The position numbers and the translations under genes are program-made. A stretch of DNA of 64,000 nt from Trichodelitschia bisporula (lineage: Eukaryota): the NCBI GenBank assembly GCA_010356995.1, contig ML996695.1:443061-507060 (forward strand), in the 5' to 3' direction. A model generated the notes under the pieces. It ran no database searches. It was not told where the DNA came from and saw only the letters and a list, made by a program, of their open reading frames with translations. This document shows, in pieces, positions 1-12,020 of this stretch (positions are counted from its first letter, which is position 1; each line of letters opens with the position of its first letter).

Positions 1-1788
1 GACCGCACCGCTCTCGAACCTCAAGCCGAGGAAGACGACGATGACGATGAAAGGCCCTCGCGCAAGACGGGCACGCGATTCTCGCGGGCGGCTGTCAAGA
101 TTCTGAAAGATTGGATGGAGCAGCACCGCGAGAACCCTTACCCGACCGATACCGAGAAAGAGCACCTCAAGGTGCTCACCGGGCTCAAGCTGATACAGAT
201 CAACAACTGGCTCGCAAACACCCGGCGGCGACACAAGCTGCGGACCCCTCGCGGTGTGTCGCCGAGCATCCGATCACCGACGTGGCCGACAGGTGCTTCT
301 CGGCCCGTCAGCATACCAACCATCCCGGCCGACAAGCGCAGCATCAACCACCATGGCAAGACCTGGGACATCATGAACCCTCTCGAACGTTGGCAGCACT
401 CTCCGCCGGAAAATGAACCGGCCTCCGTGTCCGACATTGCCAACGCTCTTAAAAGTCGGATCAGCCCCGGCAGCTCGACTCCGTCGAGCCAAGGCAATGG
501 GCCGTCCAGTCACTCGGCTGGGTCGGCCCATCGGGCGCCGTCAATTGCCAGTTTGGAGACGGGACAGTCGGATTCGCTGCTGTCCAGCGGCTCATTGTCG
601 CACGCATCCTCCAAGTCTTATGGCTCCAAAAACTCGTTTGGCTCGTACGGCAGTGGTCACAAGGACCGCAGACGGCGGCGCCGGACCGCGGCTAACCCGT
701 CGCGCACTGCGCCCGTAACCCAAGAGCGCCTGTTCCAGTGCACATTCTGCACCGACACCTTCCGAACCAAGTTCGACTGGACACGGCACGAGAAGTCGTT
801 GCATCTGAGTTTGGAAAAGTGGATATGCGCCCCGCTCGGGCCCGTTATCACGTCCAAAACTGGACAGCGACAGTGCGTGTACTGCCTGGAGCTCAATCCG
901 ACCGACGACCACCTCGAGACCCACGGCCACAGCTTGTGTGAGGAGAAGGGCATGGATGCGCGCACCTTCTACCGCAAAGATCACCTGCGACAACATCTGC
1001 GCCTCGTGCACGGGTGCAAAATGCTCGAATCTATGGATGCATGGAAATCAGAGGCCGCCTATATCAACAGCCGCTGCGGATTCTGTGACGCGCATTTCAC
1101 AAACTGGCAGGAGCGCTGCGACCACCTGGCGAAGCACTTCCGCTCCGGCATGAAAATGAGCGGGTGGAAAGGCTGTCGCGGACTGGACTCCGCTGTTGCC
1201 GCGCAGGTCACCAACGCCATGCCGCCTTACCTTATTGGTCACGAGTCCAAAAGCCCGATCCCCTTCAGTGCTTCTAACGCGAACACCTGGTTATGCGGGC
1301 GAGGCATTGCACCGAGCCTTGAGGCTGCCTGTGGGACCGACGGAGTCTCCGTAAATGATCCTCAGATGGCGCGGTACTTTGACTACAGCTACGATTTGCC
1401 AGAGTCCGGCATTACTCGCTCCGGTGCAACAACGTGCTGGGCTATCTTGACGGTCGGCCTGGGGCAGTATGTGCGCGAGCAACTGCGGATAGCACAGGAA
1501 ACCGGCGTGCAGGTTCAACTGACGGATGAACACCTGCAAGACCAAGCGCGGCGCATCATGTACGACTCTGACGACACGTGGAATCAGACGGCAGCGGACA
1601 ATCCGGAGTGGTTAGAGCTGTTCAAAAAGGCACATGGGCTGCCTAATGTCGCCAAGGATATCCGGGTGGACTTGGATGAGGATTTGGGAGCCAACGTGGA
1701 TGAGCTGAATTTTGACATGTTCTTCCTTGATCCGGGATGGGATGTGGATGTTGCGGCCGGCTTTGGCGTGCCGGTACAGGGCTTTTAA
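1..1788 (+). CDS. TALE-class homeobox + C2H2 zinc-finger transcription factor (5' end outside window)
   Basis: Frame is open from base 1: ...RFSRAAVKILKDWMEQHRENPYPTDTEKEHL...QINNWLANTRRR, a homeodomain with the PYP TALE loop. C2H2 fingers FQCTFCTDTFRTKFDWTRHEKSLH and CGFCDAHFTNWQERCDHLAKHF follow. Stop TAA at 1786-1788. Confidence 0.92.
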   Translation, partial: DRTALEPQAEEDDDDDERPSRKTGTRFSRAAVKILKDWMEQHRENPYPTDTEKEHLKVLTGLKLIQINNWLANTRRRHKLRTPRGVSPSIRSPTWPTGASRPVSIPTIPADKRSINHHGKTWDIMNPLERWQHSPPENEPASVSDIANALKSRISPGSSTPSSQGNGPSSHSAGSAHRAPSIASLETGQSDSLLSSGSLSHASSKSYGSKNSFGSYGSGHKDRRRRRRTAANPSRTAPVTQERLFQCTFCTDTFRTKFDWTRHEKSLHLSLEKWICAPLGPVITSKTGQRQCVYCLELNPTDDHLETHGHSLCEEKGMDARTFYRKDHLRQHLRLVHGCKMLESMDAWKSEAAYINSRCGFCDAHFTNWQERCDHLAKHFRSGMKMSGWKGCRGLDSAVAAQVTNAMPPYLIGHESKSPIPFSASNANTWLCGRGIAPSLEAACGTDGVSVNDPQMARYFDYSYDLPESGITRSGATTCWAILTVGLGQYVREQLRIAQETGVQVQLTDEHLQDQARRIMYDSDDTWNQTAADNPEWLELFKKAHGLPNVAKDIRVDLDEDLGANVDELNFDMFFLDPGWDVDVAAGFGVPVQGF

Positions 1789-2252
1789 TGCTGCGGTTTT
1801 TGGTGTGGGTGTTTAGCCTAAATATCTGCGCCTTGCTATGGCGTTGGGAAGGCTGGCGTTGGATCTCTTTGGCTGTGACTCTTCGAATTAATGATTTCAA
1901 CGGAGGAGATTTGGTCTAGGTTTGCTTCACCAGCAAACAGCCCGTAATTCAAAAATTCTACTGAGCAACATGTACAACTTTTGACTCCTTAAACTGTGAC
2001 CAATTGCCGAATTCGGTGCACTGCACTGATAATTGCTTGTGCCAATCCCGTGACGCCAGACCCCCAGGGCGACAGCCTCCCCTGTGCTCAACTGCCACCA
2101 CCGCAACACCTCCCAACCCAGCTCCAATCCAACAACTCGCCAACTCACATTCACTCCTCCACGACCTCAAATCTTGCAATCCGCAAACCTACTTTCGTTG
2201 TCCTCCTCGACCTTCAAAAAATGCCAGCACTACCCTTCACTCAACTCCAAAG

Positions 2253-4193
2253 ATGAAGCGCGCCGCTGGCACCTCCGCGCCCCAAATGGCCCTCCACCGT
2301 ACCCTCACCTTCGCTACCTCCGCCTGGAGATACCTGAACCACCCGCGCCATGGCACAAAAACGACCAAATGGCACTGGTTCTCACTCGTCAACGTCCTGA
2401 CACTTACTTGGGTCGTGGTGCTGTACTGGGGCGAGCGCAGCGTGTTCACGCGGAGCATCGCGGCGTGCGAGTGGGAGCGCTGGGAGCGCTGGGTATGAAT
2501 CGTCTTTGAATATATGTGTACTTTGGCTGATATCCTGTAGCCTTCGCATGCTACCCCGCACCACGTCGCCCTTGTTGCGGACCCGCAGCTCGTAGACCCG
2601 CACACTTACCCCGGGCGTCCGTGGCCCCTGTCCACCCTCACAGTGCGCTACACGGATCTCTACCTCCACCGCTCGTTTGAACTGCTCCAGGAGCATCTCT
2701 ATCCCGGCACCACTATCTTCCTAGGGGATCTCTTCGACGGCGGAAGAGAGTGGTCAACAGGCAGCAGTGCCTCACCCGAGAAGCGGTACCGCTCTTACGA
2801 CTACGCCTTTTGGCTCAAGGAGTACGCACGTTTTGGGCGCATCTTCCACCAGGTCTTTGAAGCAGTCGGCGTCACGCCGCGGCCGCACCAGGGCGGGAAG
2901 AATAGGCGCCTCATGGTCACGCTGCCCGGCAACCACGACCTAGGCTTCGCGAACGGGATCCAGAAGCCCGTGCGCGCGCGCTTCCACGCCTACTTCGGCG
3001 AGGGCAATCGCGTCGACGTGCTCGGTAACCACACCTTCGTCAGCCTAGATACCGTCTCGCTCAGCGCGCGCGACGACCCACAGGCCGGCAGCGAAGATCT
3101 TTGGCAGCCGACGCAGGAGTTCCTGGAAGGGATCCAGCCGATGATGGCGCAGGCCGCCGCCGCCAGCGTCGAAGACATGTACGGCCTGCACAAGCGCCCA
3201 CGCTGGCCACACAAGGTCTTCGACACGCACGAGCTTGCCAGCGCGGTGCTCCCTGCCCGCACTTATCCCCCGTCCCGCCTCCCCGCCATTCTCCTCACGC
3301 ACGTCCCCCTCTGGCGCGACCCGGGCACGCCCTGCGGCCCGCTCCGCGAGCACTACCCGCCTACGCTCGGGTCCGACGGGAAGCCGCTTGAAAGCGACAC
3401 GCGCAACGCGATCCGCAGCGACGGCGCGGGATACCAGTACCAGAACTCACTCTCCGAGGCCGTATCCCGCGACATCACCACGAGTATTGGGAATCTATCC
3501 TGGGCCTTTTCGGGGGATGACCATGACCACTGCGACGTGCGGCACCGCCGGTACCCATCTGCCGGCGCCGGGATCCGTGAAATTACGGTTAAGAGTATTA
3601 GCTGGGCTATGGGTGTGCGGAAACCGGGGTTTGTGATGCTGAGTTTGTGGAATCCGGTGGGCGAGGGGGGGGAGGCGAGGGAGAGCGGGGAGACGGTGCA
3701 GGCGCATCTTTGTCTACTGCCGGACCAGCTCGGCATCTTCCTTCGCTATGCTCAGTTATTCGTTCTCACACTGCTGGCTCTCGCGGTGCGCGCGGCGTAT
3801 CTGACGCGTAACCCGCAACTCTCGACACTCGCGGGCCCAGATGACGAGCCTGTCCTCCCGACATCTGAGCGCGAGCGCGACGCCGACAAAGCGGAGAGTT
3901 CGGCGTCGGATGATAGCGGCGCTGGCGTGCGCGCACGCGGCAGCGGGTACTGTCTCCCTGCGCGGCACGGGGATTGGGCCCTGGACGGGGAGGGCGGGTT
4001 CGGCGTTGCGCTGTATGGCGTGCCTGCTGTGCCAGAGGATGAGGAAAAGGAGTGGGAGAAGATGAAACGGAAAAGGGCTGCCCGGCGGAGGTTAAGGGGG
4101 TTTGGGTTGTGGAAGGCGGAGATGCGGTGGAGTCTTGCGAGGGTGGTGCTTGTTGTGGGGGGGTGGTATGGTTGGTTACTCTGGCGTGGGTAG
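2253..4193 (+). CDS. CDC1: Cdc1/Fr-like calcineurin-like metallophosphoesterase (Mn homeostasis / GPI remodelling), 2 exons
   Basis: Exon 2253-2492, GTATGA..TAG intron 2493-2540, then an in-frame exon to 4193. Motifs ADPQLVDPHTY, FLGDLFDGG, LPGNHDLGF, LLTHVPL and FSGDDHDHC; N- and C-terminal TM segments. Start could be 2253 or 2286. Confidence 0.85.
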
Positions 4194-4450
4194 AGATAGG
4201 GAATGGGATGGATAATGGTTTGGCGTTGACCGGGGGGGGATTCGGGATACCTTTGTTGCTAGTAGTTGGGGCCTCATATCAGAGCGTGCCTCTGAGTTTT
4301 CGGTTAAGACACGGGTTCAGTATCGAATGCTGCAACTGTTCCATATGCAGAGGGTGTCCATCGCTTTCAAAGCGTAAGACAGATGAGTCCTTAATCAAGA
4401 TGCCTTCATAGGCTATCTTATCCAAAGCACCGCTCAGCATTCCCTCAACC

Positions 4451-5833
4451 CTACTTCCCCTCATACACCCCCCTCAAAACCTCAAACCGACTCGCCCAAA
4501 CATCCCGATCCAAATACGTCCCCTTCAACCACCGTTCCCCAGCCTGAACATCAAACGCGCGCCGCGCATGCAGTACACGCCGATTATCAAAAAGCACACA
4601 CTGGCCTTCCTCCATCCGCAGCTCAAACACGTTCTCCGGCTTGTTAACCAACTCATCGAACCGCTTCGCCGCGGCTAGGTACGTCCTTAGGCCCACACCG
4701 GTCCCGTCTATTCCTGCCACGAACGGGCCTTGGAAGGGCGGCGACCAGTTCAGCAGCGCGAGGTCGGAGGTCGGGTCTGAGGGGTCGAGGAGTTCGATGG
4801 TCGGTCGGATCTGCCGGTATGCGTGCCCAGCGTTGAAGTAGTGGTACGTCACGGGGAATGTGCGGAGCGCGTGGAATAGATCCGGGGACTCGGTTCGCAT
4901 GCGCTCCGCCGCGGCAAAGGCATCGGCGAACATACTCTCCCCGCCCGGCGCGCGCGCACGCAGGGAGTGCAAGAGTTGAAAGCGGGGCGTGAGATCCATG
5001 TAGCACAGATCCATGTGGAAGCCGAGGTAGACATTCGTGTAAGCTACGTTTTTGGCATTCGGGACGGATTTCACGTCCCAGGTGCGCCCGTAGAAAGTTT
5101 CCCGCAGGTGTCCGATCCGGTTGGTTATGTTGACGACGCCGGTGCTGGAGTTGGTTTGTGAAGTGTCGGGAATGTTGGAGAGGAAGGCGAGGCCGTGGGT
5201 GTGGAGTTGTTTGAGGACGGTGTAGAGGGTGCGGTCATCGGACATGTAGGCTGAATAATCGTAAAAGGTATTTGCGGTGGCCATGGAGTCGCGGTTCCAG
5301 AGCTTGCGGGCGGGGACGGCGGTGTGGATGCCTACTGGGCCGGGTTTTTGGGGACTGAGGGCATGGCGGAGGAAGGAGAGGGAGAGCACGGTTTGGTGAT
5401 CGGCTGAGAAGGACGGGATGTCGTTCTTCCAGTTGATCACCACGCTCGGCCCGGAGGGCGTGGTGATTACTTCGGCTGAGGCTTGGACGTTGGCGGGGAT
5501 GTCGGCGGTTTGGAAGTTCTTTTGGCTGGTGGAGGGGTCGACGCAGTGGGGGCAGCGGCAGGAGTCGCGGAGGAAGACGCTGTCGAAGGTGGTTTGCTTG
5601 CCGTCTATGTCGATTGATATGCTGTCCTTGAACGTCGGTGCTGAGGCGGAAGCGAAGCTCCGATGGGGAGTTGGAAGCCGGATCCTGGCCGATGTGATAT
5701 ATGACACGTGCCGGGGGCTACTCGCAGTGCAATATCGGCGGGAGCATGTGGTCAGCGCATGCCGAGTACGGGGCTCCCGAAGGGCTTTGCCGGCCGAGAC
5801 GGATAAGACCCGAAGGGTCCGAGAAATGGCCAT
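4451..5833 (-). CDS. Mitochondrial gamma-butyrobetaine dioxygenase-like Fe(II)/2-oxoglutarate oxygenase (TauD/TfdA family, AIM17-like)
   Basis: Arg/Ser-rich presequence; Zn-site motif FLRDSCRCPHC; HxD (GFHMDLCY); DNRRVLHAR...RWLKGTY. Single exon. Confidence 0.88.
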   Translation of the reverse strand: MAISRTLRVLSVSAGKALREPRTRHALTTCSRRYCTASSPRHVSYITSARIRLPTPHRSFASASAPTFKDSISIDIDGKQTTFDSVFLRDSCRCPHCVDPSTSQKNFQTADIPANVQASAEVITTPSGPSVVINWKNDIPSFSADHQTVLSLSFLRHALSPQKPGPVGIHTAVPARKLWNRDSMATANTFYDYSAYMSDDRTLYTVLKQLHTHGLAFLSNIPDTSQTNSSTGVVNITNRIGHLRETFYGRTWDVKSVPNAKNVAYTNVYLGFHMDLCYMDLTPRFQLLHSLRARAPGGESMFADAFAAAERMRTESPDLFHALRTFPVTYHYFNAGHAYRQIRPTIELLDPSDPTSDLALLNWSPPFQGPFVAGIDGTGVGLRTYLAAAKRFDELVNKPENVFELRMEEGQCVLFDNRRVLHARRAFDVQAGERWLKGTYLDRDVWASRFEVLRGVYEGK

Positions 5834-6487
5834 GCTGTGTTACAGTTGGTGTCTGGGATGGAAAGCACCTCTTAAGCTTTCCGGGATAGAACGACTTCGG
5901 ACCGAGAGTGCCTAGGTTAATGCTATCCTAGAGTATCACCTGATGTCGCATGCAGCCCCCTGGGATAACTGGGAGGTGAAAGCACTTGGGCTTCAGCTAG
6001 GAGAAGATGTGACATTCTGATCATCGGATTACTTCGGCTCACGTTAGCTAAGATTGCTCGCATGTAGGAAATCTTCCCGAGGATACCCTCTCTATCAAGG
6101 ATGGGAAGTGTGCCGGGTAATTCAAGAGTACCGGCAGTGTCGGGTAGAACTAGTGGGTCAGTTGCGGGCAGTCTCCCAAGAAGCATGATGTCGAACGCGT
6201 GCCATGTGGACGCTCTTAGTAGCATCTTTCACATAATGCACCAGATGGATCTACAAAATGACTGAAAAACTTCACTAGTTGAGCTTGTTTGACATTCTGC
6301 TTCAAAAGTGCATTGCTGTTGACGCCGTTGACGCCGAGAGAAGAGCGGGGACCGCATTGCTGCCTCAGAGCCTGGCCACCAAACGTGTCCTCCTCTTCGG
6401 CTCTACGTTTACCCGAGACCTCCTCCTACGTCAGAATCTCCTCACGAAAACGTCCACTTAGGGAACTTCAGCCAAAAGGGGTGCTGC

Positions 6488-7657
6488 ATGTCAAAAGACG
6501 TCAAGGCCCTCAAGCACGAGGTAAATTGATCTAAGGTATCAATTGGCGCAAAACAATAAGCTCACAGTTCGTCAGGGCAGCTCGCTGCAGTCGGCGATCG
6601 CTGGCGCGACGGCCGGACTGGTGTCTAGGTAACTTCCGATCGCTCCTCGTTCCGTATTCAGCTACTTACAGCTCAGATTCTGTATCGCGCCTCTTGACGT
6701 GCTCAAAATTCGCCTTCAGCTTCAGATTCACTCTCTTGCGGATCCGCTCAAGCACCAAGGCCGTATTCGCCCGAGCTACAAGGGAACTGTGGGAACACTG
6801 AAGCAGATTCTGCGGGAGGAAGGCGTTAGAGTAAGCTCCATGCTATCAGTGCCTTTGCGTGCGTCTCTTACGTGTATCAGGCGCTCTGGAAAGGCAATGT
6901 CCCTGCCGAAGGCCTGTATCTCTCCTACAGCTCGATTCAGTTTCTGTCGTACAAGACCCTCAGCGACTTCATCAAGCCGGAAAATCTGCCATTTCCATGC
7001 CCTGAGAGCGGCACCACGTTCATGACGGGCGCAACAGCGGGAGTGATCGCTACCACATCTACATACCCTCTTGATCTTCTGCGTACGCGTTTTGCGGCAC
7101 AGGGGCAGGAGAGGGTATACAGCGGGCTCATGGCTGGCATTCGACAGATTCATCAGAGCGAGGGACCGAAGGGTTTCTTTCGGGGTCTAACTGCTGCGAA
7201 TGTGCAGATAGTACCTTATATGGGGTTGTTCTTCATGCTATACGAGGCAAGTCAGCCATTTCGTACCGTCGCTCAGCTAATAAACCAGACGTTCAAGCCG
7301 CTCCTAAACAGCATCTGGCTGCCGCTTGACTGGGCCGGATCCGCAGATGGCACTGCTGGCACTTTGGCGACCGTGATCGGAAAAACGGTCGTCTACCCGC
7401 TGGACACCGTGCGCAAGCGTCTCCAGGTTCAGGGTCCCAATCGTTCCAGGTTCAGCCACAAGAACATCCCGGAATACACAGGTATCCTCGAGACCATAAA
7501 GACGATTCTTCGTCGAGAAGGATTCCGTGGTATGTACCGCGGGTTGCCCGTCGCACTGCTGAAGGCGGCTCCCGCTAGTGCTGCCACCATCTGGACCTAC
7601 GAGCGGACGATGAGCCTGCTTCTAAAGGTCGAAAAATCGGGCGACCACGAAGTCTAA
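6488..7657 (+). CDS. TPC1: Mitochondrial thiamine pyrophosphate carrier (SLC25), multi-exon
   Basis: Spliced N-terminus MSKDVKALKHE/GSSLQSAIAGATAGLVSR/FCIAPLDVLKIRLQLQ. Three Px[DE]xx[KR]xR signatures (PLDVLKIR, PLDLLRTR, PLDTVRKR). LWKGNVPAEGLY is characteristic of TPC1. Confidence 0.88.
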
Positions 7658-8060
7658 GTATCGGCCGCCTGATAGGTGGCCTTATCTAATCGTTTTTGTC
7701 GACATCTTTCATCATGCTGCCCAAGCGGCCTTTTTGCCTCGTTTGCCTCGCGCTTCAGCCTTGTCGGACTGAATTGGTCCCCAGAAACGTGAGTATCTCA
7801 CCGCCATTTGGAAAGGTGAAGTGTAACCTGCCAGAGGGCTCAAATTCTTGGAACTCGCCGATATCGGCCTAACTACAGCCCCATGCCGCGTAAAGCAACT
7901 CGTCACCATATCCTGCTTCCCACGGCGCGTACCCGTAATCTATCAGCGAACCCAACCCAAAGCCATAGCCCCTCGCGGGGCGTAAGATCGCAAATCTAAC
8001 TAATAAAACACGCAAGAACCTATATCCTGGCCAGCCGCCTCATTCAGTCTACACCGGTGG

Positions 8061-8378
8061 CTACGCTGGTGGCGGTGCCGGCGGCGTTGGCGGCCCCTCC
8101 TCACAGTCCCTACACTTTACGTGCTGACACTCTGGCTCGGTGCACTGCAGCGCGATGGCGGTGTTGTACTCTGTAAAGCACAAGTGGCAGCGCCACATTC
8201 CCGGCCGGAGAGGAAGTGGCGTTCCTGGCACCTCACCGCGGTGTAGGAGCTCGACGGCGCGCGGCGAGTCCTCAGGAGAGATTGGTGAGCGGCGGGGTGA
8301 GCCTGTGAAGCACGAGAGGAGGGAGTTCCGGATAGCGGTGGCGAGGTGGGAAATGCTAGGGGTGGAAGAGGCGGACAT
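8061..8378 (-). CDS. Small (105 aa) Cys/His zinc-finger-like hypothetical protein
   Basis: Motif W-R-C-H-L-C-x11-C-x4-C-x-H-x2-C-x2-C. The ATG is directly preceded by a plausible 40-nt GTAAGC..GCTAAT..CAG intron (8379-8418) and a TATA-like CATAAATAAG near 8565-8574. Confidence 0.6.
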   Translation of the reverse strand: MSASSTPSISHLATAIRNSLLSCFTGSPRRSPISPEDSPRAVELLHRGEVPGTPLPLRPGMWRCHLCFTEYNTAIALQCTEPECQHVKCRDCEEGPPTPPAPPPA

Positions 8379-8572
8379 CTGCTGATTAGCGGGGTAGGAC
8401 CGTGGAAGAGAAGCTTACGATGGACGGTGCGGATCCGGACTCAGGACTGCCGTCTGCCAGGAGTGGACAGATATCGAGATTGCGAATCTCGGCACCGAAT
8501 CGAGAGAGGTAAAGGATGCGCGATGTCGCGATGGCGTCGAGTTGAGCATCTCCACTTTGTGGAGCTTATTTA

Positions 8573-9760
8573 TGCACAGTCGCAGAGCCTCATCATCTTC
8601 CCCGTCATGATCAAGTTCAAGATCACAACATCCTCACCGCTCGATGCCCCCGGTGCCCAACTCCGCGCTTCCAAGTTTATTCTGCAATTCCCGTCCGTCT
8701 GATCCGAATACACATGCCTCACCCCATTGCCTTCTTCAACCTGCAGTCGAATTCCTAACCCGCAGTCATATGCCTAACCCACCGCCTTACGTAGTACATC
8801 ACATGCCCATATCGACCATGCACGGGCCCAAAGAGCCGCAAACGGCCATGCAGCGGGCGTTATTGCCGCGAGCCAGCGCGGCAATGAGTCCACCGCACCT
8901 TCCTTCGTCATGATCCAGATCACAATCACGACATTCTCACCGCTCCCACTCCAACCTCGCTTCCAACTATCTAACACGAGCGCACATGCCTTACCCATTG
9001 CCTCTCCTCTAACTTGCAGTCGAGTCGAATGCCTAACCCACCACCCTACATCACACGACCTAGATCGACGACGCCCGAGCCCTACAAAGCCGCAAACGGC
9101 CAAACACTGGCTCTTCGTTGCCGTAATCCGGCACGGCCGTCAATCACCAGGCGAGGGTGACATCTTCTGTCCCGGAGAGTGGCACGCGATAACATTAAAT
9201 ATAGTTCTAGAGCCTCGCCAATCCGTCATGATCGAATTCCCAATCACGATATCCTCACCGCCAGATGCCGTCGGGGCCCAGCTCCCAACTTCCATGCCAA
9301 TCTGAGCTTACGCCTAACCCACCTCATTCCACCGACCCGTGGTTAACTGCGTAACCGACTGCCTTGCATCACATGCCCCAGATGACGACACACCAGCGCG
9401 ACAGAGTTTGGAATGGCCACCACACAGGGCCACTGTTGCCGTGATCCGGCGCTGCCCTCAACCGCCAGGCGAGTGTGATACGTCGGGTCCGGTCTAGCGG
9501 CACGCGATACCGTCAAATACAGTCGCAGAGTCTGATCGTCTCCTTCAGGATCCAGCTCACAATCGCGGTGTTATCAAGGCTTTGCCACTCTTGGAGCCCA
9601 ACTGCGCTCTTCCATGCCAGCGCGAGCTCATAGGTTCAATCCGATCTCACATGCCTAACCCACTATCCACCCCCAATCCGCAGTCCAATGCCTGTAGGTG
9701 GCTGGCTGATGAACATGGACTTCCGCACGCCGGATGATCCGTCGTACAGAGGGCCACCGA
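8573..9760. repeat. Degenerate tandem array, about 4 units of ~300-320 bp
   Basis: GTCATGATC recurs at 8604, 8907 and 9225 (variant near 9544). GCCTAACCCA recurs near 8772, 9031, 9312 and 9653. AGCCGCAAACGGCCA occurs near 8834 and 9088. GGCACGCGATA..AAATA[TC]AGT occurs near 9181 and 9499. Confidence 0.8.
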
Positions 9761-10925
9761 GATCGAACTGGACACTTTAAATGCCGCGGGACGGCAACAA
9801 CAGCAACGGCAGGCCGGAGTGGGTAATATGTTCTCGGCGATGAGTGTTCGCCCAAGAAGTATAGCTTCTTGAAGCTCCTGATGACATTCACGAGCAATAC
9901 GCAGAAGCTTCCAAGGCATAGCCGACCCGGGGTTCACATCTTGCATCCACGGCGTGAGCAAGGTATTATCCATGAGTCTGAGGGGATCGGATGGAAACTT
10001 CGCGCGCATCACGCGCCTCAATCAGCCCACAAGAGCCGCATACGACGAGTACAATAGGTCACTGTTGACGTGCCACTTGCGAAGATAGCCCAAAGGGCAG
10101 CAGACCCAGTGTGTCCGGCTCGGCATGTCTGGCTGGAAGCAACGGTGGGCCCTGAGTAGTGCAGTAATACGCATAGCTGGGACTGGAAGACGCCGAGGTG
10201 GCACAGTGATGCGCAAAACTGGGAGTGTGAGACAACGGTAAGTGCGGGGGTTAGCGCCTTGAGACGCAGATCCAGGCGCCTTGATACACATAGTGGGGCG
10301 CATGCCTGCTACATTCTGGAATCTGAACTGCAGTATAAGGCTGAATCTAGAGCACGGGGCGGCAAGTCGGCGGGTAGAATCCTATTCGCGGTTCACATGC
10401 GGGAGATCCCCTATTCATGGTGGGACAGGGAGGAGATTTCGTATCCACATCGGGGGAGAGGGGAATCGCCATTTGCGGCGAGGGAAGGAAGGGATAGGGG
10501 TCAGATCGGGATATCGGGCGGGATCGGGCTCGCACGGAGGCGACAGCTTTGCCGATGTCGGGAGATTTTGAGCCGCATATGTCGATCGCTGATGGGGCGT
10601 GTGATGCTGTAAACCTGGTTGCCGGGTGATTTCGGCCCAATGCCGTGTTTTGTGATACTGGCGGTTCGCCGGATTTGGACAGGTGCCGCAGTTTTGGAAT
10701 GGAGGGACGGGTGTCGATTAAAACGCGGGGATAGATGCGGAAATGGAATAACTGGACGCATTACTGAGTCGGAGATATCCGGCGTAAGCCTATCTCTAGT
10801 GCAGGAACCCGAAGACAAGCGCTGAGAAAATGGCATATTCGGCAAGGCGGAGGGCGGAAGGATATCCGCTGTCATGTTCCACGCCCTCAACTATCATCAC
10901 CTTCAATTTCCCTTCAGTCCTGCCC

Positions 10926-11541
10926 CTAAGCGTTATTCGGCCCCCCGCCTCCAGCAGCCAATTCAGCAGGCCCACTCCCCTGCCCCAAACCCCCAGCATC
11001 AGCATTACTCTCACGCTTATGCTTCATGGCATCGCGCGCCTGCTTCTGCTCTTCCTTTTTCCTGCTTCCCGTCAGCCGATCCATTCCCACAGCAGATCAA
11101 TTCGCATAGCAACTCAATTCCACCCCCCTTCTCCCTCTCCCAAGAATCAAACAACAAGCAAAATACTAACCTGTCAATCCCCCCCTCGACCCCCCCCTCC
11201 CCAAACCCGCCAACTCCACTCCGTCCCCCCCCACCCGCAACCGCATCCCGCACCCTGCCCTCCCCCGGCATAGCCATCTGCTCCCCATCCAGCTCATGGT
11301 GGCGCCCTACATCCTCTTCCGTCTTGCCAGAGACCTCTTCGCCGGGCGGCGCGCCGTGCACGCCCCGGCCCAGCGCGCTGGGCTGGCCGTCTGCTTCGTG
11401 GGTTGGGGGGGTGCGTCGCGCTGTGATGTCGCCTTCGGAAGGACGGTGGTGCGAAGCGGCGGCGCGGGATTCGGTTGGGTCCTTTGTGGCGGGGTTGCTG
11501 GGGGTGGAGTACGCGGCTGAGGGGGGGGGTTGGGCGGACAT
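10926..11541 (-). CDS. Hydrophilic Gly-rich hypothetical protein, 2 exons
   Basis: Exon 1 MSAQPPPSAAY...EGGIDR, then a GTTAGT..GCTGAC..CAG intron (~11062-11170), then exon 2 KKEEQKQARDAMKHKRESNADAGG...NNA* with TAG at 10926-10928. Confidence 0.65.
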
Positions 11542-12020
11542 TGTGTTGGTTTTGTGCGTTTTGTACGTATTTGGAGGTAATTGGAGCTTGAATGAAGGAG
11601 TTCAAGTGGTGACTGTACGGAATTGAGGTGTTGGACATGTTTCCTGGAGAAGGGAAGGGGCGGGCGAGGTCGAGATCCCCATGGCAGGGTATGACGTCAG
11701 GAACGACATCAACGATGTTAGGGGTCACGTGAGGCGCGATGATCAGCTTCCGCGTCTACCGCGTGTAGCAGTAGCGCAGATCAGAGTATTAGCTCTTCAT
11801 AGACGACGCGCAGGAACATACAGTCCATGACCCCCGAGATCCCATCCATGGTATGCATCATGCCCAAACGCCCGCCTTGTCCCATTGTAAAACCCAACGC
11901 CGAGCCATGCTCCCCATCAAGGAAGTTCAGATGCAGACCGTCTGCAAGAAAGTAGTGTATGGGGTATCATCAATCAATCCGTGCTGATCCATCGCACCGA
12001 ACCCACGTCAAAGATCGCAA

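Noticed and set aside
5834..6700. TPP riboswitch upstream of or within TPC1 introns
   Set aside because: I could not find the conserved aptamer core (CTGAGA...ATACC...CTTGAT...GATAAT...GCG) by eye.
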